DNA of 53,595 nt, counting the filler, from Jimgerdemannia flammicorona (taxonomy: Eukaryota), in the NCBI GenBank assembly GCA_003990765.1. It is 3 parts of 3 records of this genome, joined end to end, with 100 filler letters (N's around TTAATTAATTAA, not from the genome) between each part and the next. Parts side by side here need not be neighbours in the genome. Positions count along the whole stretch, not along the records: positions 1 to 17,799 come from RBNJ01002401.1; positions 17,900 to 35,697 come from RBNJ01002402.1; 1 more part is not named here. One strand, written 5' to 3'. Below the pieces are notes generated by a model. It was not told the origin of the DNA, made no database searches, and worked only from the letters and a program-made list of their open reading frames with translations. A program made the translations under genes and the position numbers. This document shows, piece by piece, positions 13,590 to 23,237 of the stretch (its first letter is position 1; each line of letters opens with the position of its first letter).

Positions 13590-15040
13590 TTGACATTTAA
13601 GAACTTCCCTGACTATCACTTATTATCTATGATCTTACTTACATTATGTCAAGGTGTTCACATTGGCTTCATGGATATGTACCATGCTCAAAAATGTTAC
13701 AACTTATCTTCTGTGCATGCCTTTTCTCAGGCAATTTTAGATGATATTATAACTAAAATTGCTGTGGGCCACATTGCAGACCCCTTCTTCCACCCTTTGT
13801 TCCAAAACTTTCAGACTTCTCCACTGAGCACAGTGGCAAAGAAAGGTTCTATCAAATAGTATCACATTTACCACTTATTATAGCTCTATGGTACATCAGT
13901 CAATAATGATATTTCACCTAATGATTTTACTCTCAAGTACACAGCCTTTGACCAGGTATTCAACATTGCACAATGACTTGATAGAGGGATCTTACTCTTT
14001 AAGATAAACCTGGCCAATGCTTTTCGACATATCTTGGTATATCCAGAAGACTGGGAACTTCTTGGCTTTCATTGGTATGGCCTTTTCTACTTCAATCAGT
14101 TTCTTCAATTCAGCTTATACTCATCACTATTTCTCTACAACATGTTTGGGGAGATGCTGGAATGGCTATTCAAGTGCCATGGTCTGAAAGATATTATCCA
14201 ATATATTGATGATATACTGGGTGTCTGCCACTCTTCTCAGGTATTAACTCTGCTACAGCTCCTCCTATCAATCTGCTGTACCATCAGTTTTTCAGTATGG
14301 AACAAGAAGGTTGAAGCCCCTTGACCTTTATCCCCTTTTTGGGTATTGAAATCAATACCAATAATATAGAAGCATGTCTCCTAGAGGGAAAAATCCAAGC
14401 CATCCTCACTATGATCTCTGGCTTCCACAGTCATTCTAACTGAGCAACTGCTACAAAACAGGAAATATTCTCACTCATCGGTTCCCTCTCCTTTGCATGC
14501 CACATTATTCCACAAGATTGACTCTTTCTTTACTGCTTTATTAACATTTCAACCTCCATCACTCACCCAGACCACTATATTAACTTATCAGTAGACATTT
14601 TTACTGATCTCCAATGGTGGTCACAATTCCTTGCATTAGGAATGGGGTTGCAATAATTGTACCTTGGGAAGAAGTCACTAAAGATAGATGTCAGTAGCAC
14701 TTTGGGCTTCACTGCCTATTTTGATAGAGCTTGGTTTGCTATCTCTTGGCCAGCAGAACTCCATTCTGAGGATATTCAATTTAAGAAATTATATACCATT
14801 GTGGTCACCACCACTACTTAGGGTCTATGCTGGTACTTTCAAGGTATTTATGTACATATAGACAATCAAGCAGCAATGTCATGTATCAACTCGGGCACCT
14901 CTTATAACTCCAAACTCCTTGAGCTACTATGCTAACTATTATTTCTAGGCACATCATATTCATTTCAGTTACATGCATCATACATCCCCTCTCACCTCAA
15001 TGCTATTGCTGATATATTGTTCCATCTTGATTTCTCCTAC
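13590..15040 (+). pseudogene. Ngaro/DIRS reverse transcriptase and RNase H, disrupted
   Basis: 'FQTSPLSTVAKKG...GTSVNNDI', 'KINLANAFRHI.VYPEDWELLGF', 'IQYIDD', 'DVSSTLGF', 'DIQFKKL', 'DNQAA', 'NAIADIL'. Confidence 0.9.
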
Positions 15041-15079
15041 TTCTACACCCTTGCCCCTTATGCAGATCAGACCCCTACT

Positions 15080-15852
15080 ATACTAGGCTCTCTCCTTACT
15101 ATGGTTTTCTGCCCCTCACTGCATTCTTCCTATGGCTCAGCCTGGCAGGCTCTATATGACAGACATATTCTACTGACCAATGTGACTTCATCAACTTCTG
15201 CACTGCCAATAACCTCTACAACTCAGATGGTTCTCTTCTGCCAGCCTCTGAACATCATTTGATTCTATGGATATCTACTCTAACTTTCTGATGCCTATGC
15301 CCTGTTATCATCAAGTGGCCATTATGCTTGCATATTTTGGATTCCTCTGGTCAGGTGAATTCACCTAGGGCCCTTTGTCATTTGACCCTACTACCAACCT
15401 CACCTGCTCAACTATATGGTTCATGCCCTCCATATATAAACCATCCTATATCTCTCTGACTATCCCTTCATCCAAAACTGATCCATTTCGAAGAGGCACC
15501 ACTCTCTACATTGCTCATACACCTACTGGTGCCCCATGTGCCATCTTCCTCCTCTAAGCTCTCTTTCTCTCCTTCCCTGCCCTGCCTGATTTACCACTTT
15601 TTCAATATACTAGTGATGCTCTATTTTCTCATGCTTGGCTCTTATCAGGCCTATGGCCCCTCCTCACTGCCATCAGGCTCCCAGCATTGGTGTTCACCAG
15701 TCATAGATTTTGTATTAGAGCTGCCTCTGATACCACCAAAGTGGGGTTCTCAGACTATGAGATTCAAATTCTTGGATGGTGGCATAGTGATGCCTATTGA
15801 CTATATATTCGGATGCCAAAATCCCATATACTTTACCTTATGTCAGCTTTAG
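15080..15852 (+). pseudogene. Tyrosine recombinase of the Ngaro element, internally deleted and disrupted
   Basis: 'LAYFGFLWSGEFT' (FGFLR.GEFT), 'SKTDPFRRG', 'FTSHRFCIRAASD...EIQILGWWHSDAY*LYIR' (HSFRIGAA...GRW.S.AY..YIR). Confidence 0.9.
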
Positions 15853-15879
15853 CATTACATACACCCAATACTCTCCAAT

Positions 15880-16200
15880 TATGATGCAGAATCAGTCTAT
15901 GATAATCTGCATAGGATACACTTACTAGCATTTGGTCCCAAGACTGTGGTAGTGTAGGATTCCATAACCATGATTGAGTCTTCACTACCATGATGCAGAA
16001 TCAGTCCATGACAATCCATATAGAACACACCTATTTCGGGCCTTGTCCTTAGACTGTAGTAGTTCAGGATTCCATGACCATGGTTTGGCATGGCCCACTA
16101 TGATACAGAATCGGTCCACAATGATCCACATAGGACATGCCTTATGAGGTGAGTCCCAAGACTGTGGTAGTGCAGGATTCCATGACTATGGTCTGGTATT
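15880..16200 (+). repeat. Three tandem ~110-bp repeats in the Ngaro 3' UTR
   Basis: Units start ~15880, ~15989 and ~16099 (ATGATGCAGAATC.GTC...GTCCCAAGACTGTGGTAGTGCAGGATTCCATGACCATG). Confidence 0.9.
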
Positions 16201-16312
16201 TACTCTTCAATCTATCTCTATTCTATTCTTTCACCTGTATAGGGCCCTTGCTCATGGGCATATATCCCAAGCAGGCCCGATGACCATGAGGTAAGTTCTA
16301 ATTTCATTGGGC

Positions 16313-16855
16313 CGAGTTCTTTGGAACTAACCAATGCAATGCATTTGAGACAGAAACATTCCTCATGCATGCATTCGTCGAAATACACAAACTTATACTC
16401 ATCTAATTTGTTATCACGTATGATTTAGTATAAGGGTAGTAGCCATGAGAGGGCATGGGTTATCAAAGGAGTAAGACAGAGATTTAATGAAGGGATCCCG
16501 AAGGGATAGTGCGTTAAAGATGCATATTACTCAATTAAGCAATTACATATATATATATCATACAATTACAGAATTCATTGTATGCCCAACATCTTGTCCC
16601 CTTTCCCTTATGCTCAATTATCTTCACTATCATACCGTTTTACTCCCACCCACCTCCCTATTTGTACACATATTGTATGTCGGGTTCTTTGGAACTGACC
16701 GATGCAACGCATTCGAGACAGAAACATTCCTCATGCACGCATTCGCCCAAATACACAAACTTATACTCATCTAATTTTTTATCACGTACGATTTAGTATA
16801 AGGGTGGTAGCCATGAGAGGGCATGGGTTATCGAAGGAATAAGATGGGGATTTAA
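16313..16855 (+). repeat. Ngaro 3' split direct repeats B1-A2-B2
   Basis: B1 (16313-16487) and B2 (16681-16855) are 175-bp copies differing mostly by transitions. A2 matches 11582-11740. Confidence 0.92.
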
Positions 16856-17114
16856 AGCATTCAATCACACGAACTTTGATTCTACATCACTTTCGCTTTC
16901 ACTTTGCTCGCATTCAACCACTTAGCCATTCTCCACATTTGTCATACCCTCCCACCTCTCTTTGGTACACTTCTTGTCAGGTTCTTATCGAACTGACCAA
17001 TGCATGCATTTGAGACATGCAGGCATTTTGCCCAAATATAAATATACATATACATCAATATCTTTGTTTCGGCTGGGAACGGGTTACGGTTACAGTGTAG
17101 CTACAGAGATTTAA
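16856..17114 (+). repeat. A2'-B2' terminal repeats of the outer Ngaro element
   Basis: 16979-17114 aligns with 11361-11508 better than with the inner element's B repeats. It ends in GAGATTTAA, like the other B repeats. Confidence 0.75.
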
Positions 17115-17799
17115 ATCGGCAATTTTTGTCAGCTTGCCAGACGTAGCCTGATCAATGTCTAGCTACAATGTCCAACCCAGCGGAAGAAAACCCCACGAAT
17201 GTTTTTTGTAACTTCACTTGTATTTGGGTGAAACACACGGTAGAAAAACTGGCCCCATTCTATGTATATTCATGAGCAGGGAGGGGGGGTGGTAAATAAA
17301 AGCGACAGCGAATATACATGCAGATGAATGTACATAGGGCATGAAGAGTAGCGTATTGAGCTGGCATAAAGCGCACATCGCTATGGATTACCCGATTAGG
17401 AAATATACGCCCGCTATACATATTTATATGTGACGTTGACCCGCCCCCGCCCAAAACAAAGACAAGGCGTCTGCGCCAGAAACATAAGCGCCAAAGACAT
17501 TCCTGCATTCATTGACCTGTGGTCTCGACCGAGCCCACTCATAGATTTGCCAAATTCGCCGCATTATGTAGAACCCACTAATTAGGAAATCGCCAAGATC
17601 ATCCGCAAGAGAACTCGCACCTCTTTCTGTAAAAATTTTATTACTTTTAGACAAAGTAACTAGCCAATCTACATAGCCACCCAACTCCTTTAATTTGCCT
17701 CCATTGAGCCGGTACATTACAATGTATTATACACTACTCATTGCACCCCTACATACATTCGCCTCATGTACATTTGCTATTACTTTCTCTTCCACCCCC

Positions 17800-17899
17800 N
17801 NNNNNNNNNNNNNNNNNNNNNNNNNNNNNNNNNNNNNNNNNNNTTAATTAATTAANNNNNNNNNNNNNNNNNNNNNNNNNNNNNNNNNNNNNNNNNNNN
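17800..17899. other. Artificial assembly spacer (N44-TTAATTAATTAA-N44)
   Basis: Exactly 100 bp, with a six-frame-stop linker at 17844-17855. Same layout as 35698-35797. Confidence 0.98.
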
Positions 17900-18054
17900 G
17901 GTAAGTTCTTTATTTTCCTGATTTACTTCCTATTTATTTCCAATTTCATTTTGATTTCTGATTCCTAATTATGTTTCTGTTTGTTTATTCTAAATATATA
18001 TCTTAGATGTGCAATATATTTTTTTTAGTGCCTTGTAGCTTAAAGGCAGATTAA

Positions 18055-18503
18055 AGACGGGTCTGTGTCGGGTTAAATACAGGTCAGGGTCGGGTCACAT
18101 ATATTTCTCAGGTCGGGTCATGTATATTTCTCGGGTCGGGTCACATATATTTCTCGGGTTGGGTCACATATATTTCTCGGGTCGGGTCATGTATATTTCT
18201 CAGGTCAGGTCATGTATATTTCTCAGGTTAGGTTAAAGACGGGTTACATATAATTCTGGGTCAGGTTAAAGACAGGTGACATACATTTCCAGGTCGGGTT
18301 AAAGATGGGTGACGTATAATTCTGGGTCAGATTAAAGACAGGTGACGTATTATTCTGGATCAGGTTAAAGACGGGTGACATATTATTCCAGGTCGGGTTA
18401 AAGATGGGTGATGTATAATTCTGGGTCAGGTTAAAGACAGGTGATGTATAATTCCGGGTCAGGTTAAATATGTATATGGGTTGGCTCGGGTTGTGATGCA
18501 CTA
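18055..18503. repeat. Tandem 23-bp and 33-bp CGGGTC/GGTTAAA repeats, probably the subterminal region and terminus of a hAT-like element
   Basis: Arrays of TCTCGGGTCGGGTCACATATATT and CTGGGTCAGGTTAAAGACAGGTGACATATAATT end at ...GATGCACTA (18503). Its reverse complement TAGTGC.. matches the start of the other hAT TIRs here. Gypsy ORF3 follows abruptly. Confidence 0.65.
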
Positions 18504-19323
18504 CCTGCTGCCAAACTATCTGCCATAGCCAGCCCCTCCCAAGCCAGGTTGACCGCCTCTTTGGACACATCCAGGTTGCTATCCAAGGAAGAAATCACTG
18601 CTCAGAGGCCCTTAACCTATTCAGCCAGGACCTAGGACATTATGTCCTCAACTACCATGAAGTCATCGAAAGAGCCTACCTTGCCACCAGCCGCCTAGAG
18701 ATCTGGCATGAATATGAGATTAGCCATCAACTCCTCCAATAGACAAAGGACCTGCCCATAGACCAAGTCTCTGATTGGACCCACCTGGATAGAAGCAAGC
18801 AAAGACTTATCAAGAAGGTCTATCAAATCATATGTCATGCACTCTTTGCAATCTCCAACCTCAACTATATCTAACTGAAGGACTTCCAGAATCTCTCCTT
18901 CTTCGAGATTGACAAACTAGAGATCAAGGTAGCACAAGAAGCCAACTCCTAGATCACTCTCAAGTCTACTGACTGTGAACCCTATTGGAGCCTCCTCCTG
19001 AATAACAATCCTGATCAATGGCTCCAAGGCCTCTCTGATCTCTTTGAAGGACTGCCTATCTAAATGGATATTTCCAGACATAAAGACCAAGAACCCTACT
19101 TGGATGGCCCCAACTACATCAGATGAAGAACCTCTATACCAGCACCTATCCCAATGCAAGAACCATTTGCAGACCTCATTGACTTCTCCATCCTAAACAG
19201 TGAGCCATCAGCAACCACTACCCCCCCTGCTACTGAAGAAGGTACCAACAACCCTGGGCAGGATTCCACACCTTTCTCTCTCCTGGTTCTCAATTTCTCA
19301 ATCAACAAGGACATTGATTTCTA
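18504..19323 (+). pseudogene. Uncharacterised LTR-retrotransposon 3' ORF ('ORF3', env position), about 270 codons with point-mutation stops
   Basis: One continuous frame: 'SQVDRLFGHIQ...LNLFSQDLGHYVLNYHEVIERAYLATSRLEIWHEYEISHQLL...LIKKVYQIICHALFAISNLNYI*LKDFQNLS...NKDIDF*'. It ends at the PPT AAGGGGAAAAGGA. Each internal stop can be explained by one transition. Confidence 0.75.
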
Positions 19324-19335
19324 AGGGGAAAAGGA

Positions 19336-20137
19336 TATAATAGAATGAATAAACGAGCAAACAGATGAGATACAATGAGTGATCATGAATGATCACATGA
19401 CCTGGTGAGTGATGATGTCACCATATGAACAAAGTGCAGCATATGATATTATGAATGACAAATGATTAACAATACGAAATAATGCAGAAAATGATATCCA
19501 GCTTATTCCCAACAATTGGCACTATAGCAATAGTTACCACAGCTGCTAATTATTACCTAGTAATTGAGGTTCTGATCACAAAGTATTTCTTTACCAAAAA
19601 CCACCTGACAAAGGTTGTGATCACAAACCTCACTATAGTTACCAAATTAGTCACTTATACTTAGTCAGAAATTGTGGACCAACTTGTATAAATATCCTCT
19701 AGTTTTTCATCCAAAATAAAGCAGTTTTAGTTCAGTCCTTGATATAAGAACCAAGTTCCCCCCACATATACACATTCCCCTGAGTCTTAAGAATAATACC
19801 TAAGTGACTCTAGTATTTCTAACTAAACTCTAGAAGCCTAGCTAACTTCTGCCAGAACTGAGACCAATATATAAATCCCCAAAGACTTAAGTAAATCCAT
19901 TGAACCTGAATTCTAAGGTGAATTCAGTCTGTGCACAGCAAAGAACAAGACTCTCGAAATAGGGCACCAGAGAAAGACCTTTGAAACAAAAGGCACTACT
20001 ACTACAACTACTTACAAGTGAGTGCTTCCTCAAACTGAAGGCTTCTTGGTACATATTGTATACTAAGTCCCTAAGTAATAGTCCACTTCCCTAATTATCC
20101 AAAGAATAAAAGAGGAGTAGAAGTGAGAGTTATTATA
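19336..20137 (+). repeat. Gypsy 3' LTR, 802 bp; same family as the LTR at 33648-33890
   Basis: Follows the PPT. Ends TATAATA...TATTATA (mutated TGTAATA...TATTACA). ~19880-20137 is the reverse complement of 33648-33890. Confidence 0.85.
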
Positions 20138-20164
20138 CTTATATTATAATATTCTTTACAGTCA

Positions 20165-20785
20165 AAGTTACTCTCCTCTATCAAGTAGTCTAAGTGAAAG
20201 TTGAGTATGATATTTCTCTACAGTATATATCACCAAACTACCTAATATTAATGTTCAATGTTCTCAATGTCTCCTGTTCCTTTCTTAACTAGAATATCTA
20301 TTTATTTTTACTATATTATCATATTTTTCCATTCTTTCATCTAATTTAGCAAATTCAAATCAGTATTATACTCAATATTCTATAATAAGAAAAAGATATT
20401 TCAATATTTTATTATATCTCTCAGTTCATTGATATTCAAAGAAAAGATTCTAGTTATATTATTCATATTGAATAATATTATAAGAAAAAGTACCTATTTT
20501 ATAATTTTATACTTATTCTTTCACTAATAAGATCTAGGTTCTTTTTATTCTCAAGCTCATATCTCTCTCTGCTGAGTATCCAGTACTATCAAGATCTTCT
20601 GACAATCTACTCTATCTATAGCTTCTATCTCTGTTCAATACTCTTTATATACTATTTGCTACTTTACTAGTTCTTTCTTTAGTCCCTATATATAAGCAGC
20701 CTAGTCATTTATAATTATCCAAAGTATCTTCTCTCTGATATCATCTACTTAATAAGCCTCAGCTTTCTATAAGAGAGTTACTTTT
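20165..20785 (-). mobile_element. Old LINE copy 3, fragment C (ORF1 end and ORF2 start), heavily mutated
   Basis: Minus translation 'VDDIREKIL...EIEAIDRVDCQKIL' matches ORF1 of copy 2, and 'MNNITRIFSLNINEL' is the ORF2 start. Continues the fragment that ends at ~22256. Confidence 0.75.
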
Positions 20786-21055
20786 TAAGGTGACCATTAC
20801 ATAGTTCTGGAAAGGTTTTCTGGATATTCTGGATGTTCTAGAAGACCATTTTCTTATGGTCAAGATCAATTTCATATGGAGTATGTCCTCTATGCTTATT
20901 GATTTCAAGATCGGGTTGACATCTCAACCAAAGTCCTTGTTTGGACTAGTTCTAGATGTTCAGGAGTTTTCCATATTTCAGGAAGTTTAAGAAACTAAGA
21001 CCAGCTTAGTTGAATTGGCGTATTGCTGCAGACAATACCCAATTAGGAAATTTCG

Positions 21056-22255
21056 TGATGGGGTTAGGAGTAGGACCTAATGGGGAGCAGATTTACTTAA
21101 GAGTAGTTTGTGAGTTATTAAATAGGTTTATTCGCTATTCATGATATTGCTATACTAGAAGTAGTTGTGTAAAGGGATATTGTGGGGAAGTGCTCAGGAG
21201 TTGTGTTCGGATTGTTCAAGTCTGAGATTCTGAGGTCTGGGGGAGGGGGTATTTATACTAGTGAGGGGCTATCTGGACTATGCTAGATATGGATGTAGCA
21301 CTAAGTACTTTGCTGAGTCGGAATGCAGTCATGTAGTACAAGTGTGATCTGACATGTCAAGAGATCGTCTGACTACTGAGTCAGTTCACAGTTATGTTGT
21401 ATAAGGCTAATCTAACTATACTATGACTGCTAGGCTATTTATAGGTTTAGGCACTGTCTGGGAAGTCTTTGATGACATCACCATTGATGACATCATCGCT
21501 GGCAAAGTCTGAGTAGTTTTCTGACTTCTGATGTCACCAGTTTCAAAGGTGTCATCACTTCTATCTCTTGCAAGATTAAGACTGTCCTTGGTGGTGGTGG
21601 TTGTACAAGGATAACAGGTCTTAGTTCTCTTTTTTTTTGGTCTGCTGGCATATTTGTGAGGACTGGCTATTCTCATCTAGGGCGAGGGCTCCCAATGTCA
21701 TGGCTGGGGGTTCGAACCTCTTGAAAATGATATTTTCTGTAATCCGAGACAATTTCTAGTAGTAATATCTGTCATGTGGATGGCTTGAGATTGGTTTCAA
21801 CATTGTTGGCTTTCTTGAGTTCAGATGAAGCGTCCATCACTCTCTGATGGAGGTGATACAGATAGAGCAAACAGAGTTGTTCAAATGCATTTTACTTCTG
21901 CTAAGTAATGAGGTCTTGTATAGTTGCAGTGTATCTTGGTCTTGAGTTGATAAGTGCAGTTCATGAACCTTTTGGTAGATGAGATAGAGTTCTTCTTGTC
22001 TCAATTTGAGTTTGGTACTTTCAGTTTCCTTTTATAATAGTATAGTATACCAAACTAGTTATAGCGGTTTAGAGTCAGTCTTATGGTTGTAGTACTTCTT
22101 CTAGTATTCTTGTATCTTGGCGGTGGGTTCTTGTACTTGCTGGTGTATTTTGTGTAACCAGATGATCTCTTGTTTTATAGTCTCGCATATAGTTTCCAAT
22201 TTAGTTCTGAGGATGCCATGCGATTTTGGTGGCTTGGAGGTTGTGTGCTTACATT
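21056..22255 (-). mobile_element. Gypsy 3' fragment: integrase tail, PPT and LTR (LTR ~21056-21557)
   Basis: 'KIQEY*KKYYN...KLKLRQEELYLI' (KL..R..GPY.I). Purine tract AAGAGATAGAAG is followed by an LTR TGATG...CATCA with TATAAATACCCC at ~21246-21257. Confidence 0.65.
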
Positions 22256-23205
22256 TCAGTAGGGTCACTATTATCTCATCTCGAATTTTCCTTAATATCT
22301 TCTTACTGTGTAGGATTTCAGTCTAGTATCTCTCACTTAGAACTTAAAAGTCCTCTCTCTCCAGCTTCTCAGCTACTATGTTCTTAGTCATTTCTCCTCA
22401 TTCACAGCCTCTTCAACTCTCTGGGCCATTCTCTTTCTCCTCTCTACCTATCCTCTCTCAGCATTCCTTCTTACTGACTCATCTCAATTCTCCTTTAGTA
22501 TATCCTGCAGCTTTTTCTCATCAGTAACCCCATCTGGTACTATATACTGAGAGTGTTTTCTCTTGACCATCTCTGTATCCTTCATGACAATACTTAGTCT
22601 TGTATCACTCCCCTCTCTCTGGACCACTTCTAGAGCCACTTTCTTCTCCTCAGTCTAGGTACTTATTCTTAATCCAGTATCTTCAGCAACCATTCCCCCT
22701 ACTGCCCCCCCACTCAGCTTTACCAGTAGATCTTTCTGAATACACCTCTTCTGTGCTCTCTTCCAGACTGCTTAATCCAGCTATACCTTCTTGCTATTCA
22801 CAATCTCTACTACTATCTTGATCTCAAACTTCTTTCAGACTAGTCTCCTCCTCTCAATAGCTTTAGCCAAATCCTCTAATGCCTCCAGCAAGTTCTCTTC
22901 TTCCTCTTGCATTCTCTTCACTCTTGAAACTTTATACTTCACCAGTCTCTACTTAAGTACTACTGATCAGTTCTATACTCTCTCTATACTCTCTTTATCT
23001 ATTAGTCATATTCTAATATCTATATTATCTGTCCTGAACTCTGTATTTTCCCAGACCTGAAACCCAATATCTATAATATTTCTATACTCCTTGATGGTCT
23101 CTATAATCAGCTCTCTGGTCATCTTCTTCAATACTATAGAGATATCCATCACTGTCAACTATACTACTCAGGGGTCTCAGCATAGATACTTAGCCATAGA
23201 GATCA
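22256..23205 (-). mobile_element. Old LINE copy 3, fragment B (middle of ORF1)
   Basis: 'ELIIETIKEYRNIIDIGFQVWENTEFRTD' aligns with ORF1 of copies 2 and 5, and resumes where fragment A (28999-29765) stops. Confidence 0.8.
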
Positions 23206-23206
23206 C

Positions 23207-23237
<31 letters not shown>

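Larger units (their letters stand above)
11509..16855 (+). mobile_element. Inner Ngaro-type YR retrotransposon with complete A1-gag-RT/RH-YR-B1-A2-B2 architecture
   Basis: Split direct repeats A1 ~11582-11740 / A2 16488-~16650 and B1 16313-16487 / B2 16681-16855 enclose decayed gag, RT, RH and YR. Confidence 0.9.

Noticed and set aside
16690..16735. Possible hammerhead ribozyme in the Ngaro B repeat (GGAA-CTGACCGA...GAAAC-A-TTCC)
   Set aside because: The core is CUGACCGA rather than CUGANGA, there is no room for stem III or an NUH site, and GAAAC is absent from the outer element's B repeats.
17844..17855. TTAATTAATTAA palindrome within Ns (also 35742-35753)
   Set aside because: Artificial six-frame-stop linker. 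Adjacency across these gaps is not biological evidence.
18504..19323. Calling ORF3 a true envelope gene
   Set aside because: No transmembrane helix, furin site or fusion peptide is visible in the recoverable part. Only the position is env-like.
20781..22260. Gypsy fragment retroposed by LINE machinery (short A run plus degenerate 13-bp duplication)
   Set aside because: The duplication has five mismatches, and the insert extends about 270 bp past the apparent LTR end, which does not fit a polyadenylated LTR transcript.
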